Both the position numbers and the translations under genes were made by a program. 64,000 bases of DNA, taken from a virus. The notes beneath the pieces are model-generated. The model worked only from the letters and a program-made list of their open reading frames with translations. It did no database searches and was not told the DNA's origin. The DNA lies in the IMG/VR virus record IMGVR_UViG_3300012277_000051, positions 4,041-68,040 of that record; one strand, given 5' to 3'. Each line of letters opens with the position of its first letter. Positions within the stretch are counted from its first letter, which is position 1. This document shows positions 27,822 through 36,484 of the stretch, piece by piece.

Positions 27822-27866
27822 ATTACCATAGAACAGTACTTTGCTAACAATTTGAAGGAGGTCTAA

Positions 27867-28070
27867 ATGAATAGAGAAGATGAGCTGAAACTTGAAGCAA
27901 CTATCAAGGAAAATATGGAGAAGGTTAGATTTGAAGGATTGGCTGCTGGAGCTAAGGGGATTTCCGGTGCTATCTTAGAAATTTGTAATGATAAGAATAT
28001 CAAGAATGATACAGTCAGGATCAATAAGATCAGAGATTTCTGTGTGACAGGACTTGGATTGAAGAGATGA
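27867..28070 (+). CDS. hypothetical protein
   Basis: ORF track; RBS gaaggaggt. Confidence 0.4.
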   Translation: MNREDELKLEATIKENMEKVRFEGLAAGAKGISGAILEICNDKNIKNDTVRINKIRDFCVTGLGLKR

Positions 28071-28348
28071 GGGGCGGAATATTGAATAAATATGTAGTTA
28101 AAATCAACGGGAATAAATTTACGTCAAAAGAAAAAGCTATAAATTATGTGAATGTTTTGTTTCGAAGTGAAGAAGATGAAAAGATGAGAATACAAGAATT
28201 TGATTCTCTTACAAGAAAGGTTGTAGAACATCTGAATAAATATTATGGCGAATCACACAAATCATTAATCATGCGTATTTGTGAGAATAGAGTGCAAGTG
28301 TTTGATGAAAACGGAATTTTTATTGACAAGTGGGCTGACATATCTTAA
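28067..28348 (+). CDS. hypothetical protein
   Basis: ORF track. Confidence 0.35.
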   Translation: MRGGILNKYVVKINGNKFTSKEKAINYVNVLFRSEEDEKMRIQEFDSLTRKVVEHLNKYYGESHKSLIMRICENRVQVFDENGIFIDKWADIS

Positions 28349-28383
28349 GAAAAACATTCTTTTATAAGGAAAGGAGAAGCGCA

Positions 28384-28566
28384 ATGTTTAAAGTATATGA
28401 GAACAGGACTGAAATATATGAAAACGTTTATGCTGTGTTGGACGATGCAAATGGATATCCAAAATTTTTAATCAGGCGAGACGGTAAATGGATATGGAGA
28501 AGCGCAAAACATTATATTCCAGTAGATGAAAGTATTGAACCTGATGGTTATGAAGAAGATTGGTAA
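28384..28566 (+). CDS. hypothetical protein
   Basis: ORF track; RBS aaaggagaagcgca. Confidence 0.4.
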   Translation: MFKVYENRTEIYENVYAVLDDANGYPKFLIRRDGKWIWRSAKHYIPVDESIEPDGYEEDW

Positions 28567-28786
28567 AGTTATTATGTCCAGACGAAATGATTTCAAGAAC
28601 AATTATCAGAATGAGATGACGGCAACAGATTTGGATTGCCCTCGGTTTTATCACCCAAAATGGAGAGGTAAGGCAAAGAAGAAATTTCGTAAAATGGCAA
28701 GAGTAAGATTAAAGAATAAATTAATAAAATTGAAAGAAGGAGATAGAAAATATGACAGACCAGACAAGAGATTATATCACGCTTAA
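28526..28786 (+). CDS. hypothetical basic protein (start uncertain)
   Basis: ORF track. Confidence 0.3.
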   Translation: MKVLNLMVMKKIGKVIMSRRNDFKNNYQNEMTATDLDCPRFYHPKWRGKAKKKFRKMARVRLKNKLIKLKEGDRKYDRPDKRLYHA

Positions 28787-29000
28787 ACCGATAGCAGAAC
28801 GGTTTAAAGAGGTGGCAGCCACCATCTCCGACGATGAAATTCGTTCTCTAATTAAAGAGGAACTGAGAGAGCAGATCCGTAGCCAAGTTGAATTTGGTTC
28901 TACGATTGCAGAATGGGTTGATACGTATATGGAAGAAGACGAAATGTGTGAACTTGTAAAGGAATGCTTGGTGGGTAGCATTAAGAGAAAGTTTACGTAA
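28752..29000 (+). CDS. hypothetical protein
   Basis: ORF track; RBS aaggagatagaaaat. Confidence 0.4.
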   Translation: MTDQTRDYITLKPIAERFKEVAATISDDEIRSLIKEELREQIRSQVEFGSTIAEWVDTYMEEDEMCELVKECLVGSIKRKFT

Positions 29001-29039
29001 TTACCAGTAAATATCAATTTGCTTTTGAAAGGAGCCTAT

Positions 29040-29258
29040 ATGCCAATAAGTTATCTACATAGCGATCCGGATATTAGGGGAGAAGTCTGCCCGACTTGTG
29101 GTAGGCGGTCGTGGAGCATATATAGATGTGATGATTGTGGTAAGGTGTTTTGTAAGTATTGTAGACCTGATCTTGTAAATTCACTTGATGATGAAAGATT
29201 TGGAGATATGGAAATTAAGTGCGATTGTGGCAGTGTATCATTGTTTTTAGATGAATAG
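29040..29258 (+). CDS. zinc-ribbon protein
   Basis: ATG after aaaggagcctat; CPTCG...CDDCG...CDCG. Confidence 0.4.
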   Translation: MPISYLHSDPDIRGEVCPTCGRRSWSIYRCDDCGKVFCKYCRPDLVNSLDDERFGDMEIKCDCGSVSLFLDE

Positions 29259-29270
29259 GAGAAAATTAAA

Positions 29271-29549
29271 ATGAAGCCATTAGTATATTTTGATTTTGAA
29301 GAATTTGATGTAGACCCAAACCTTGTGTTGATTGATAAGAAGAGGTTACAGGAGATTTTAGAGGAAGTATATAATGCTGGTTTTGATGACGGTAAGAAGT
29401 CAAATATAATAACCGTCCCGGCGAGTCCGAATTGGAGATCCTCGTTGCGTGGAGATGAAGTTACATGTGGAGAGATTTACACTAACTCACCAGTCGCCAA
29501 ACGGGGTGTTACTATTACATGTGGCACTGAAACTACTAGCAATTCTTAA
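29271..29549 (+). CDS. hypothetical protein
   Basis: ORF track; RBS taggagaaaattaaa. Confidence 0.4.
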   Translation: MKPLVYFDFEEFDVDPNLVLIDKKRLQEILEEVYNAGFDDGKKSNIITVPASPNWRSSLRGDEVTCGEIYTNSPVAKRGVTITCGTETTSNS

Positions 29550-29574
29550 TTTCATTGAATATGAAAGGAGAGTG

Positions 29575-29727
29575 TTATTTTTCAATACTCTCCACATAAT
29601 CAATAAGTATTTTAACCATCAGATTATTAAGACTTCTGTTATCCTGCTCTGCCAACTCTTCCAGTTTCATTTTTAATTCTGTCGGTAAGGTAATAATTGT
29701 TCTTGTTTTGTCGCTTCCAACTGCCAT
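29575..29727 (-). CDS. ribbon-helix-helix (CopG/Arc/MetJ-like) DNA-binding protein, divergent from the TnpB-like gene
   Basis: RTIITLPTELKMKLEELAEQDNRSLNNLMVKILIDYV is a beta-strand followed by two helices, typical of RHH. Start trimmed to the internal ATG preceded by AAAAGGAG; a hairpin at about 29567-29592 overlaps the stop. Confidence 0.6.
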   Translation of the reverse strand: MAVGSDKTRTIITLPTELKMKLEELAEQDNRSLNNLMVKILIDYVESIEK

Positions 29728-29855
29728 AATATCACGCTCCTTTTTATAAGATGATATCATGATGTAAAAAATATGTCAAGGTGATATCACTTTGATGTTG
29801 ACAATGTGATGTAATAGTGATATTATAGTGATATCACTAGAGAGGAGGTGAGAAG
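29726..29855. promoter_or_regulatory. divergent control region: TTGACA-N17-TATTAT promoter for the TnpB-like gene with two perfect GTGATATCAC palindromes (about 29781-29790 and 29828-29837) plus half-site-like copies (about 29752, 29817, 29726)
   Basis: -35 at about 29798-29803, -10 at about 29821-29826; RBS agaggagg; the palindromes flank and overlap the core promoter. Confidence 0.55.
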
Positions 29856-31115
29856 ATGTTAATACAAAGAGTAGAGCAGCAAGTTATAAGGAAATCTCAT
29901 CCAAAATACAAAATAATTGATGAGATGTGTTTCAGATCAAAAGATTTATATAACTATGCAAATTACATTATTCGTCAAGAGTTTATTTGCAAAGGTAATT
30001 ACATTGGCTATTACGATATGAACAAGGAACTCAAAACACATCAGCAATACAAGGACTGCATGAGCCAACCGGCAAATTGTATCCTGAGAAATTTAGACAA
30101 AGCATGGAAATCGTATTTTGCAGCCATTAAAGATTGGAAGAAAAATCCTGGAAAATATCTCGGCATGCCAAAGTTACCCAAATATCTCCATAAAGATGGC
30201 AGATATCCTTGGATGATTCCTAATAACAGTTGCTTCTACAATGATAATGGAACGATACGCTTTAAGATATCTCGTCTTCAGGGTTATATATGGAAATCAC
30301 AATGTTTTGGCAGATTAATTCAAATACGATTCATTCCAAAAGGTTCCTGTTACGTAATGGAAATAGTATATGAAATTGAAGTGTCAGACGAAAAAGAAAC
30401 AGAATCTAAACGAATTGCTTCTATAGATATTGGTGTAGACAATCTTGTAACTATGACAAATAATATCGGCGAACAGCCAATTATTATTAACGGCAAGGGA
30501 ATCAAAAGTATTAACCAATTCTATAATAAGCAGATTGGAAAAGAGAAAAGTTTATTAAAAATCAGACATAATAAAGATTGGAGTAAGAAACTTGATAATA
30601 TTTCATTCAAGAGAAACCAAAAGATTAAAAATTACATGCACAATGCAAGCACATATATTATAAGATGGTGTTTGGAAAATAATATTGATACTTTGGTTGT
30701 AGGTCATAATAAAGAATGGAAACAAGGATCTTCTATGAATAAGAAAAGTAACCAGAAGTTTATAATGATTCCGTTTAATATGTTGTTATGGCATCTTGAA
30801 TACAAGTGCCAGAATGTGGGAATCAAATTCATTCTTACAGAAGAAAGTTATACTTCTGGAACCAGTTTTCTTGATGGAGAAGATCCGGTCAAAAAGAATT
30901 ATGATAAATCAAGAAGAGTTCAGAGAGGATTATTTAAAAGTAATTCTGGAAGATTAATCAATTCAGATGTAAATGGTTCATTGCAGATTATGAAGAAAGT
31001 ATTTCCAAATGCATTTAATGAGTGCTATGGAATAGAGGGTGTTCTAGCCCCTATGGTTATAAGTGTTGCGAAAGTAGCACGATTTACTATAAATGCAATT
31101 GAAAAATTGCAATAG
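29856..31115 (+). CDS. TnpB-like (IS200/IS605 OrfB family) protein, apparently lacking the RuvC-II glutamate and all zinc-finger cysteines; candidate nuclease-dead TldR-like regulator
   Basis: ASIDIGVDNLVT (RuvC-I Asp present); LVVGHNKEW where VEDLN is expected; TSGTSFLDG...GLFKSNSG where CxxC...CxxC is expected; SDVNGSLQI (RuvC-III-like). No adjacent TnpA. Confidence 0.75.
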   Translation: MLIQRVEQQVIRKSHPKYKIIDEMCFRSKDLYNYANYIIRQEFICKGNYIGYYDMNKELKTHQQYKDCMSQPANCILRNLDKAWKSYFAAIKDWKKNPGKYLGMPKLPKYLHKDGRYPWMIPNNSCFYNDNGTIRFKISRLQGYIWKSQCFGRLIQIRFIPKGSCYVMEIVYEIEVSDEKETESKRIASIDIGVDNLVTMTNNIGEQPIIINGKGIKSINQFYNKQIGKEKSLLKIRHNKDWSKKLDNISFKRNQKIKNYMHNASTYIIRWCLENNIDTLVVGHNKEWKQGSSMNKKSNQKFIMIPFNMLLWHLEYKCQNVGIKFILTEESYTSGTSFLDGEDPVKKNYDKSRRVQRGLFKSNSGRLINSDVNGSLQIMKKVFPNAFNECYGIEGVLAPMVISVAKVARFTINAIEKLQ

Positions 31116-31137
31116 AAGTGTAGTTTTATAGAGTTAC
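31094..31137 (+). ncRNA. candidate 3' scaffold end of a TnpB-associated guide RNA: hairpin gcaatt-gaaa-aattgc overlapping the stop, then a short tail ending at TTAC immediately before the repeated phage motif
   Basis: Position and hairpin match where TnpB omega-RNA scaffolds end; not confirmed. Confidence 0.25.
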
Positions 31138-31213
31138 AAATAAATAAAGAAAACTATTGACAAGCACCAGAATAGGTGTTATCATTATGAATGTAATGAT
31201 AAATAAAGAAAAC
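31138..31213 (+). promoter_or_regulatory. motif-flanked promoter: AAATAAATAAAGAAAAC, then TTGACA-N17-TATCAT, then AAATAAAGAAAAC at the transcript 5' end
   Basis: -35 at about 31157-31162, -10 at about 31180-31185; motif copies at 31138-31154 and 31201-31213. Confidence 0.55.
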
Positions 31214-31232
31214 CAAAAAGGAGAAATAAGCA

Positions 31233-31346
31233 ATGAAGGGAAAGAAAACAGAATTTGCATGGTTCAAAAGTATTATGAGTAAGGTGAAGAAGAACAAGCC
31301 AGAGATCGCAGCCAATGGAAAGGTTAAATGGGGAGCTGGTAAGTAG
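31233..31346 (+). CDS. small basic hypothetical protein (37 aa)
   Basis: ATG after aaaaggagaaataagca; first ORF downstream of the motif promoter. Confidence 0.25.
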   Translation: MKGKKTEFAWFKSIMSKVKKNKPEIAANGKVKWGAGK

Positions 31347-31367
31347 AGAGGAGGTAATCGATTTAAA

Positions 31368-31550
31368 ATGGGAAGATTCTTAATCTTCATAGGTGTTACA
31401 TTACTATTAATATTGTTCGGGCTAATTATTTGCTGGATTGGCAACAAAATATACATAGTTATGAAACGCGAGAACAGAAAATTTGATATTGAAAATCAAG
31501 CCTACGATAAGGCAGTTAAAGAAATCAAAAACTATAAAGGAGAAAATTAA
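31368..31550 (+). CDS. small single-TM membrane protein
   Basis: FLIFIGVTLLLILFGLIICWIG. Confidence 0.4.
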   Translation: MGRFLIFIGVTLLLILFGLIICWIGNKIYIVMKRENRKFDIENQAYDKAVKEIKNYKGEN

Positions 31551-31553
31551 TTT

Positions 31554-32453
31554 ATGAAAACAAAGATTTTTGGAGGAATGGTAATTGCGGCAGCGTTGAT
31601 CGGAGGGATTTATACGGTCATGTCATTGACTAAAATTAATCAGGGAGAAGTTGGAGTTGTTTACTCTATGGGAAGTGGTGTTCAGAAGGAAACGTTGTCA
31701 CCCGGATTTCATTTTGTTGGGCCATTCGATAAGGTGAAGGAGTTCCCAATCTCGCAGCAACAGTTGGTACTAAGCAACAACCCGTCTGACTATAACAAAA
31801 AAGAACACGCCGATTGGCACGTTGACGCTCCAGCAAATGGAGGCATGGTAAAAATGAATCTAACTATTAACTATAATTTTATGGCTGACAAAGTGGTGGA
31901 CCTCTATTCAAAATTTAACGGAATGGACGGAGAGACAATAGTCGATAATATGGTTCAGAATTCCATTATTGCATATGTTAAGGAAGTTACCCCTCAGTTT
32001 TCAGTTATGGATATTTACAGCACCAAGCGTTCCGAGGTGGGAAAGTCAATTACTGATTATCTTAATAACAAGCTTAATGACGAGTATGGAATCAATGTTT
32101 CCAGCGCATTAATTATTGATGTACAGTTAGATGAAGCATTGCAAGCAAAGATTCAGGCAAAAGAACAGGCTAAACAAGATGCAGAAAAAGCGGATTTGGA
32201 TAGACAGACAGCTCAGGCACAAGCGGAAGTATCCAAGGTAAACGCCGACACAGATGCAGAAGTTCAGAGAATTAAAGCAGAAGCTGACGCTGAAAAAACA
32301 AGAATTGCAGCTAAGGCGGAAGCCGATGCAAACGCAATGTTGAGCAATTCAATCACTCCGGAGTTAATCCAGATGAAAGAGGCCGAAGCAAGATTGAAAC
32401 ATGGTTGGGTTACTACACAGGGAGCCAGCACCGTAGTTTCTAACCCACAGTAA
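31554..32453 (+). CDS. SPFH/band-7 (stomatin/prohibitin-like) domain protein
   Basis: N-terminal TM helix, then the SPFH core and an Ala/Glu/Lys-rich coiled-coil tail. Confidence 0.8.
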   Translation: MKTKIFGGMVIAAALIGGIYTVMSLTKINQGEVGVVYSMGSGVQKETLSPGFHFVGPFDKVKEFPISQQQLVLSNNPSDYNKKEHADWHVDAPANGGMVKMNLTINYNFMADKVVDLYSKFNGMDGETIVDNMVQNSIIAYVKEVTPQFSVMDIYSTKRSEVGKSITDYLNNKLNDEYGINVSSALIIDVQLDEALQAKIQAKEQAKQDAEKADLDRQTAQAQAEVSKVNADTDAEVQRIKAEADAEKTRIAAKAEADANAMLSNSITPELIQMKEAEARLKHGWVTTQGASTVVSNPQ

Positions 32454-32610
32454 GGATATTGTATAATGAAAATTAGTTTATTTGATGGGTTCTTTGCTTT
32501 TAACATTGATTGGAAGGCAGTAGTGGCAATGTCGGCAGCGTCAGTATTAATCAATGTGTTGAGTTAATCAAATTGTGATTTTCTTGTAAAAATGGAGGTG
32601 GTTTAAAAGC

Positions 32611-32784
32611 TTGAAAGATGCTTTTATTGTTCTATTTATAGTGGTTTACGGATTTGCAGTTTTATGTCTTACTTGTTATATGACAATTACATATGGTTGG
32701 TACTGGATTTTCCTACTGCTCTTCATGAGTATTAGGTACAAAAGTAGTGGTGGTGATAATGAACCAAAGGAAGGAGAAAGTTAG
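32611..32784 (+). CDS. small two-TM membrane protein (TTG start), not in the ORF track
   Basis: GGAGGTG 10 nt upstream; hydrophobic. Confidence 0.3.
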   Translation: MKDAFIVLFIVVYGFAVLCLTCYMTITYGWYWIFLLLFMSIRYKSSGGDNEPKEGES

Positions 32785-32969
32785 TTGGCATTTCTAAAAG
32801 CATTTATAGTTAGTATGGCGATATCTGCATTCTGATATGGGCTTGAATGGAAACAGTTTAAAGAGCTTCAATGGGATAGAGAATGCGATAACGTAGTGTT
32901 TATACTATATTTTATAGTTTTATGGTATCTGTTTGCACATCAAGTTTAATATGGAAGGAGGTTGTTATT

Positions 32970-33256
32970 TGAAAAACAGCACATTTGAGAATATAGGGAT
33001 TGTAACAACAGTAATTGGAGCTGTGGCAGGAATTTTTGGTTTGCTTGTATTTGTGCCTGTTCTAACATTTGGTTTTGCATACCTTGGAGGAATGATTCTG
33101 AATTACTTTGTTGGCAATTCAGTTGTGAATGGTTTAAATCTATTATTTAATACAACCAGATTTACAAGAGATTTAATTCCTTTAACATGTGCCATCTTAG
33201 CAACTGTGGGTAGATATTTCAGAAGTTCACAGACTGTTAGCAATAAGAAGAATTAA
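32970..33256 (+). CDS. membrane protein
   Basis: TTG start after ggaaggaggt; ORF track 32933..33256. Confidence 0.4.
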
Positions 33257-33482
33257 GCAACTCATCAACAAATCAACTTACATAATGGAGGGTTTTAATA
33301 AGTTTTGCAAAAGTAGAATAATACCGTTTTCGTAGGGTAATTCGGATACCTTATTATTTTTGCACCTTTTTACAGGTTTATATAGATTTTTCATAGAGTG
33401 AGGTCATGTTATCGCTGGTGAGAGCTGGTGTTTACATAGAAAACTAATAACGATTTTAATTTATAGGAGGTACGCATAGTAC

Positions 33483-34550
33483 ATGGCAAAAGCAAGAATT
33501 TTTGATTTACCGGAGACAAAAGGAGCATTTCAGTTAAAGGGAATTGTTACAGGAACTGAGAAAGATAATTTCTTTAAGGAGAAGCAGACACGAACTAACA
33601 AGGATATGAGAACCGTAAATTTTGGTCTTACATACGATGATAAACAGACACTTTATATCAACTTACAAGGCATTGAACAGGAAAAAGTTTACTTCTCAAA
33701 AAAGGCTGAAAAGAAAGGTGAAAAGTCTGACACAGTGCCAGTTCCGTGGGAAGAAAGATTTTCATATAACAGAGAGGGATATCGCTTAATTGGTAAGAGT
33801 CTTGGAGTAAAAAAGAAGGTCGATAAAGATGGTAAGACGGTTAATGATAAGAAAACCCTTACAGACTTCGATGCTTGTAGAGAAATTAATGAAAATCTTA
33901 AAGACGGAGCAAGTGTTTTTGCTAGAGGTAATTTGGAATATAGCAGCTACAAAGATGATAAAGGAAATAAGAGAATTTCAACAAAACTTGTTCCTGGACA
34001 GATTTCACTTTGCTCTGATGTAAATTTTGATGATGATAAATACGAGAAGCAGAATGACTTCAATCAGGTAATTATCTTTATGGGAATTGATAAAGAAAAA
34101 GATGATGATGGGAAAGAAACCGGAAGATTTATTGTTGTTGCAAAAATCATTACATATTCAACAATTGAAGATGTTGAGTTCATTATTACTGACTCTAAAT
34201 TGGCACAGATGTTCAGAAAGAATTTAAAAGCCTATTATGCAATTAAAGTAAATGGGCATATGGTTTCTTCGACACAGACTGAAACAGTAAAAGATGATGA
34301 CGTTTGGGGCGAAGAAGATGATATGGAAAAGGCCCTCTCACCAAGTAAGAGAGAATTCATTATTACTGGTGCAAAAGGTACAACAATTGATAAAGAGTTA
34401 TATTCTCAGGAGAAGATTGAAGAAGCCTTGCTTAAGATTGCAAAAGCCAATAAAGCAGATGATGATTTTGGTGGAGATACGCCTAGCGGCGAATGGGGAA
34501 ATGCTTCCGATCTTGATTCAGCAGATGAAGATGGTGATGAACCCTGGTAA
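33483..34550 (+). CDS. putative phage ssDNA-binding protein with an acidic C-terminal tail ending in an aromatic residue
   Basis: C-terminus SADEDGDEPW resembles SSB and T7 gp2.5 acidic tails; sits at the head of the replication module. Confidence 0.45.
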   Translation: MAKARIFDLPETKGAFQLKGIVTGTEKDNFFKEKQTRTNKDMRTVNFGLTYDDKQTLYINLQGIEQEKVYFSKKAEKKGEKSDTVPVPWEERFSYNREGYRLIGKSLGVKKKVDKDGKTVNDKKTLTDFDACREINENLKDGASVFARGNLEYSSYKDDKGNKRISTKLVPGQISLCSDVNFDDDKYEKQNDFNQVIIFMGIDKEKDDDGKETGRFIVVAKIITYSTIEDVEFIITDSKLAQMFRKNLKAYYAIKVNGHMVSSTQTETVKDDDVWGEEDDMEKALSPSKREFIITGAKGTTIDKELYSQEKIEEALLKIAKANKADDDFGGDTPSGEWGNASDLDSADEDGDEPW

Positions 34551-34619
34551 TCAGTAAACAATAGCCGTAGAAATACGGCTTCTACAACAATAAAACGTAA
34601 ACATAAATGGAGGAAACAA

Positions 34620-35780
34620 ATGGCAAAAGCAAGAAAAGCAAGTGTAACTCAGAGCAAGTTAGGAATGATCTTATACGGACAGCAGTTTACTGGTAAATCA
34701 ACAATGGCTATGCAGTTAGCATATTTTAGACGACCTGACGGTAAGCCATTTCGGGTGTTGTATTTAGATCCTGAAACAGGTTCGATTGACGACTATTTGG
34801 GTGAACTGGAAGAAAACGGTGTAAACCTTGATAACATTTATATCGTATACACACAGTCACTTGGAGAAATCAGACAGTACATTGCTAAAGTGAAGAATAA
34901 TGAAGATTTATACGAACTTGATGATGACGGCGAAGAATCAGATGATGTCGTGGTTGATGCAGACGGTGAACCTTTCAGAGCCGACGCCATTGTAGTAGAT
35001 GGAACCACTATTCTCAATCTTACAACCAAACAGGGACTCGTTGAATTTTCAAAGAAGCGTAATAAGGTTAAGGCAGATAAAGATGGTTTAGTTGGCGATG
35101 CAAGGTTGGTAAAAATTGAAGGCGCTGGTATGGAGCTTAAGGATTACCAAACAGTAAACTTTAAAGGGCAGGACTTAATTCTTGATTTAATGGCATCTGG
35201 TGTCCATTACATAGTTACTGCAAGGGAAACGGATGAAAAAGAAACAATTAAACTTGCAGATGGAACAACTCAAAGTGTAGTAACTGGAAAAAAAATTCCC
35301 GATGGGTTCAAGGGCATGGGCCATAATGTCAAAACTGAGATTAGAATGTTCCGAGACGAAGATGGAGTTGTTTGTGCATGGGTTAAAAAGGATAGAACCC
35401 ACGTTCACGAAGACAATATCACATTGGAAGATCCTACACTTACAGATTGGCAGTCAGTAATTGATAAAACCGCAGGACGTGAAAGATTTGTTGTTAAAAA
35501 TGATCTCACAAAAGCAGTGGATATTGAACAGGATATTTACAGTAAGGAAATTCTTGGGAAGGTTGGAGAGCCGGTATCAAAAGATGCGTCGACAAGTGAA
35601 ACATCTGATAGTGATAATCTTGATTCTCTGAAAAAGGAAATTAGAGGTAAGATCAGCGGATTGTCACCCATTGCAAAAAAGGAAATGAAAGAAAAACTTA
35701 AGAACGATAACTTACCAATTGATTTTAAAAATGTAGTTGACATTGACGTTCTTAAGAAAGTTTTAGATATTTTGAATTAA
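34620..35780 (+). CDS. RecA-superfamily ATPase (Sak4/RecA-like recombination or replication ATPase) with an acidic/Ser-rich C-terminal region
   Basis: Walker A-like LYGQQFTGKST, and hhhhD Walker B candidates. Confidence 0.5.
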   Translation: MAKARKASVTQSKLGMILYGQQFTGKSTMAMQLAYFRRPDGKPFRVLYLDPETGSIDDYLGELEENGVNLDNIYIVYTQSLGEIRQYIAKVKNNEDLYELDDDGEESDDVVVDADGEPFRADAIVVDGTTILNLTTKQGLVEFSKKRNKVKADKDGLVGDARLVKIEGAGMELKDYQTVNFKGQDLILDLMASGVHYIVTARETDEKETIKLADGTTQSVVTGKKIPDGFKGMGHNVKTEIRMFRDEDGVVCAWVKKDRTHVHEDNITLEDPTLTDWQSVIDKTAGRERFVVKNDLTKAVDIEQDIYSKEILGKVGEPVSKDASTSETSDSDNLDSLKKEIRGKISGLSPIAKKEMKEKLKNDNLPIDFKNVVDIDVLKKVLDILN

Positions 35781-35783
35781 GCT

Positions 35784-36467
35784 ATGGTTTATGAAAATAT
35801 CGTTGTGAAAAGGAAGTGCGCCTGTTGTAAGACTGATGTTTTGGTATCTACAGGTAGTTTAAATGAAGCAATTTACTATGATAAAAAGACCTATCATAGT
35901 AAATGCTTTATGGAAATGTGCGAAAAAAGAAGCAAAATGAAAAGACCTGATGTTTCTGAAAAATGGAAATATGTTTTAACTACATTAGATGCAATTCGGA
36001 GTGAGTCATATGCGCATTTTGATATTGCAATTATAAAGGAAGCCATATTTTTATTTATAAAAGAAACATATGATATTTCCATTATTCCAACTTCGGTGTG
36101 GCAAAAACTAGGCAACATATATTCAGGTACATACAGAGGGATGGGGATTGGTATACCACCGGAGCATTTAATTGATATGTGGAAACAAAAGGTTGACATG
36201 TTAAATACTTTGGCAAGCAACAATATTAAAAAAGGTCGTGCAATGACTTCAGAACAGCGAATTAATTACGATCTGTCTGTATTAATAAATAAGTATGATA
36301 GGTATTTGAAATGGCTCGAAAAACAGAAAGTATTGGAGTCAGAGGAAGCAACTAATAAACAAAATGCCAGCAATATAACTCGTGTGATTATAGAAAATAA
36401 AGTACAAGAAGTAAATAAGAATAATGATGATATGGCTGATTTAGTAGATGACATATTTGATAGCTAG
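35784..36467 (+). CDS. hypothetical replication-module protein (N-terminal CxxC...C...C, acidic C-terminus)
   Basis: ORF track; its position between the ATPase and the helicase suggests a loader role, unproven. Confidence 0.4.
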   Translation: MVYENIVVKRKCACCKTDVLVSTGSLNEAIYYDKKTYHSKCFMEMCEKRSKMKRPDVSEKWKYVLTTLDAIRSESYAHFDIAIIKEAIFLFIKETYDISIIPTSVWQKLGNIYSGTYRGMGIGIPPEHLIDMWKQKVDMLNTLASNNIKKGRAMTSEQRINYDLSVLINKYDRYLKWLEKQKVLESEEATNKQNASNITRVIIENKVQEVNKNNDDMADLVDDIFDS

Positions 36468-36484
36468 GCGGTGATATGTAAAGA

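Noticed and set aside
29449-29676. Plus-strand 75-aa ORF overlapping the 3' end of the RHH gene
   Set aside because: It has no RBS and overlaps both the upstream gene's end and the convergent RHH gene. The hairpin at 29567-29592 is better explained as a bidirectional terminator.
29856-31115. Canonical mobile IS200/IS605 element
   Set aside because: No tnpA. The gene has a consensus sigma70 promoter with palindromic operators and a divergent RHH gene, the apparent catalytic residues are degenerate, and no obvious terminal palindromes or second copy are visible in the window.
33829-34557. Nested plus-strand ORFs 33829-34023 and 34294-34557 inside the SSB-like gene, and 39272-39487 inside the DHH gene
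   Set aside because: These are alternative-frame ORFs fully contained in longer, better-supported genes.
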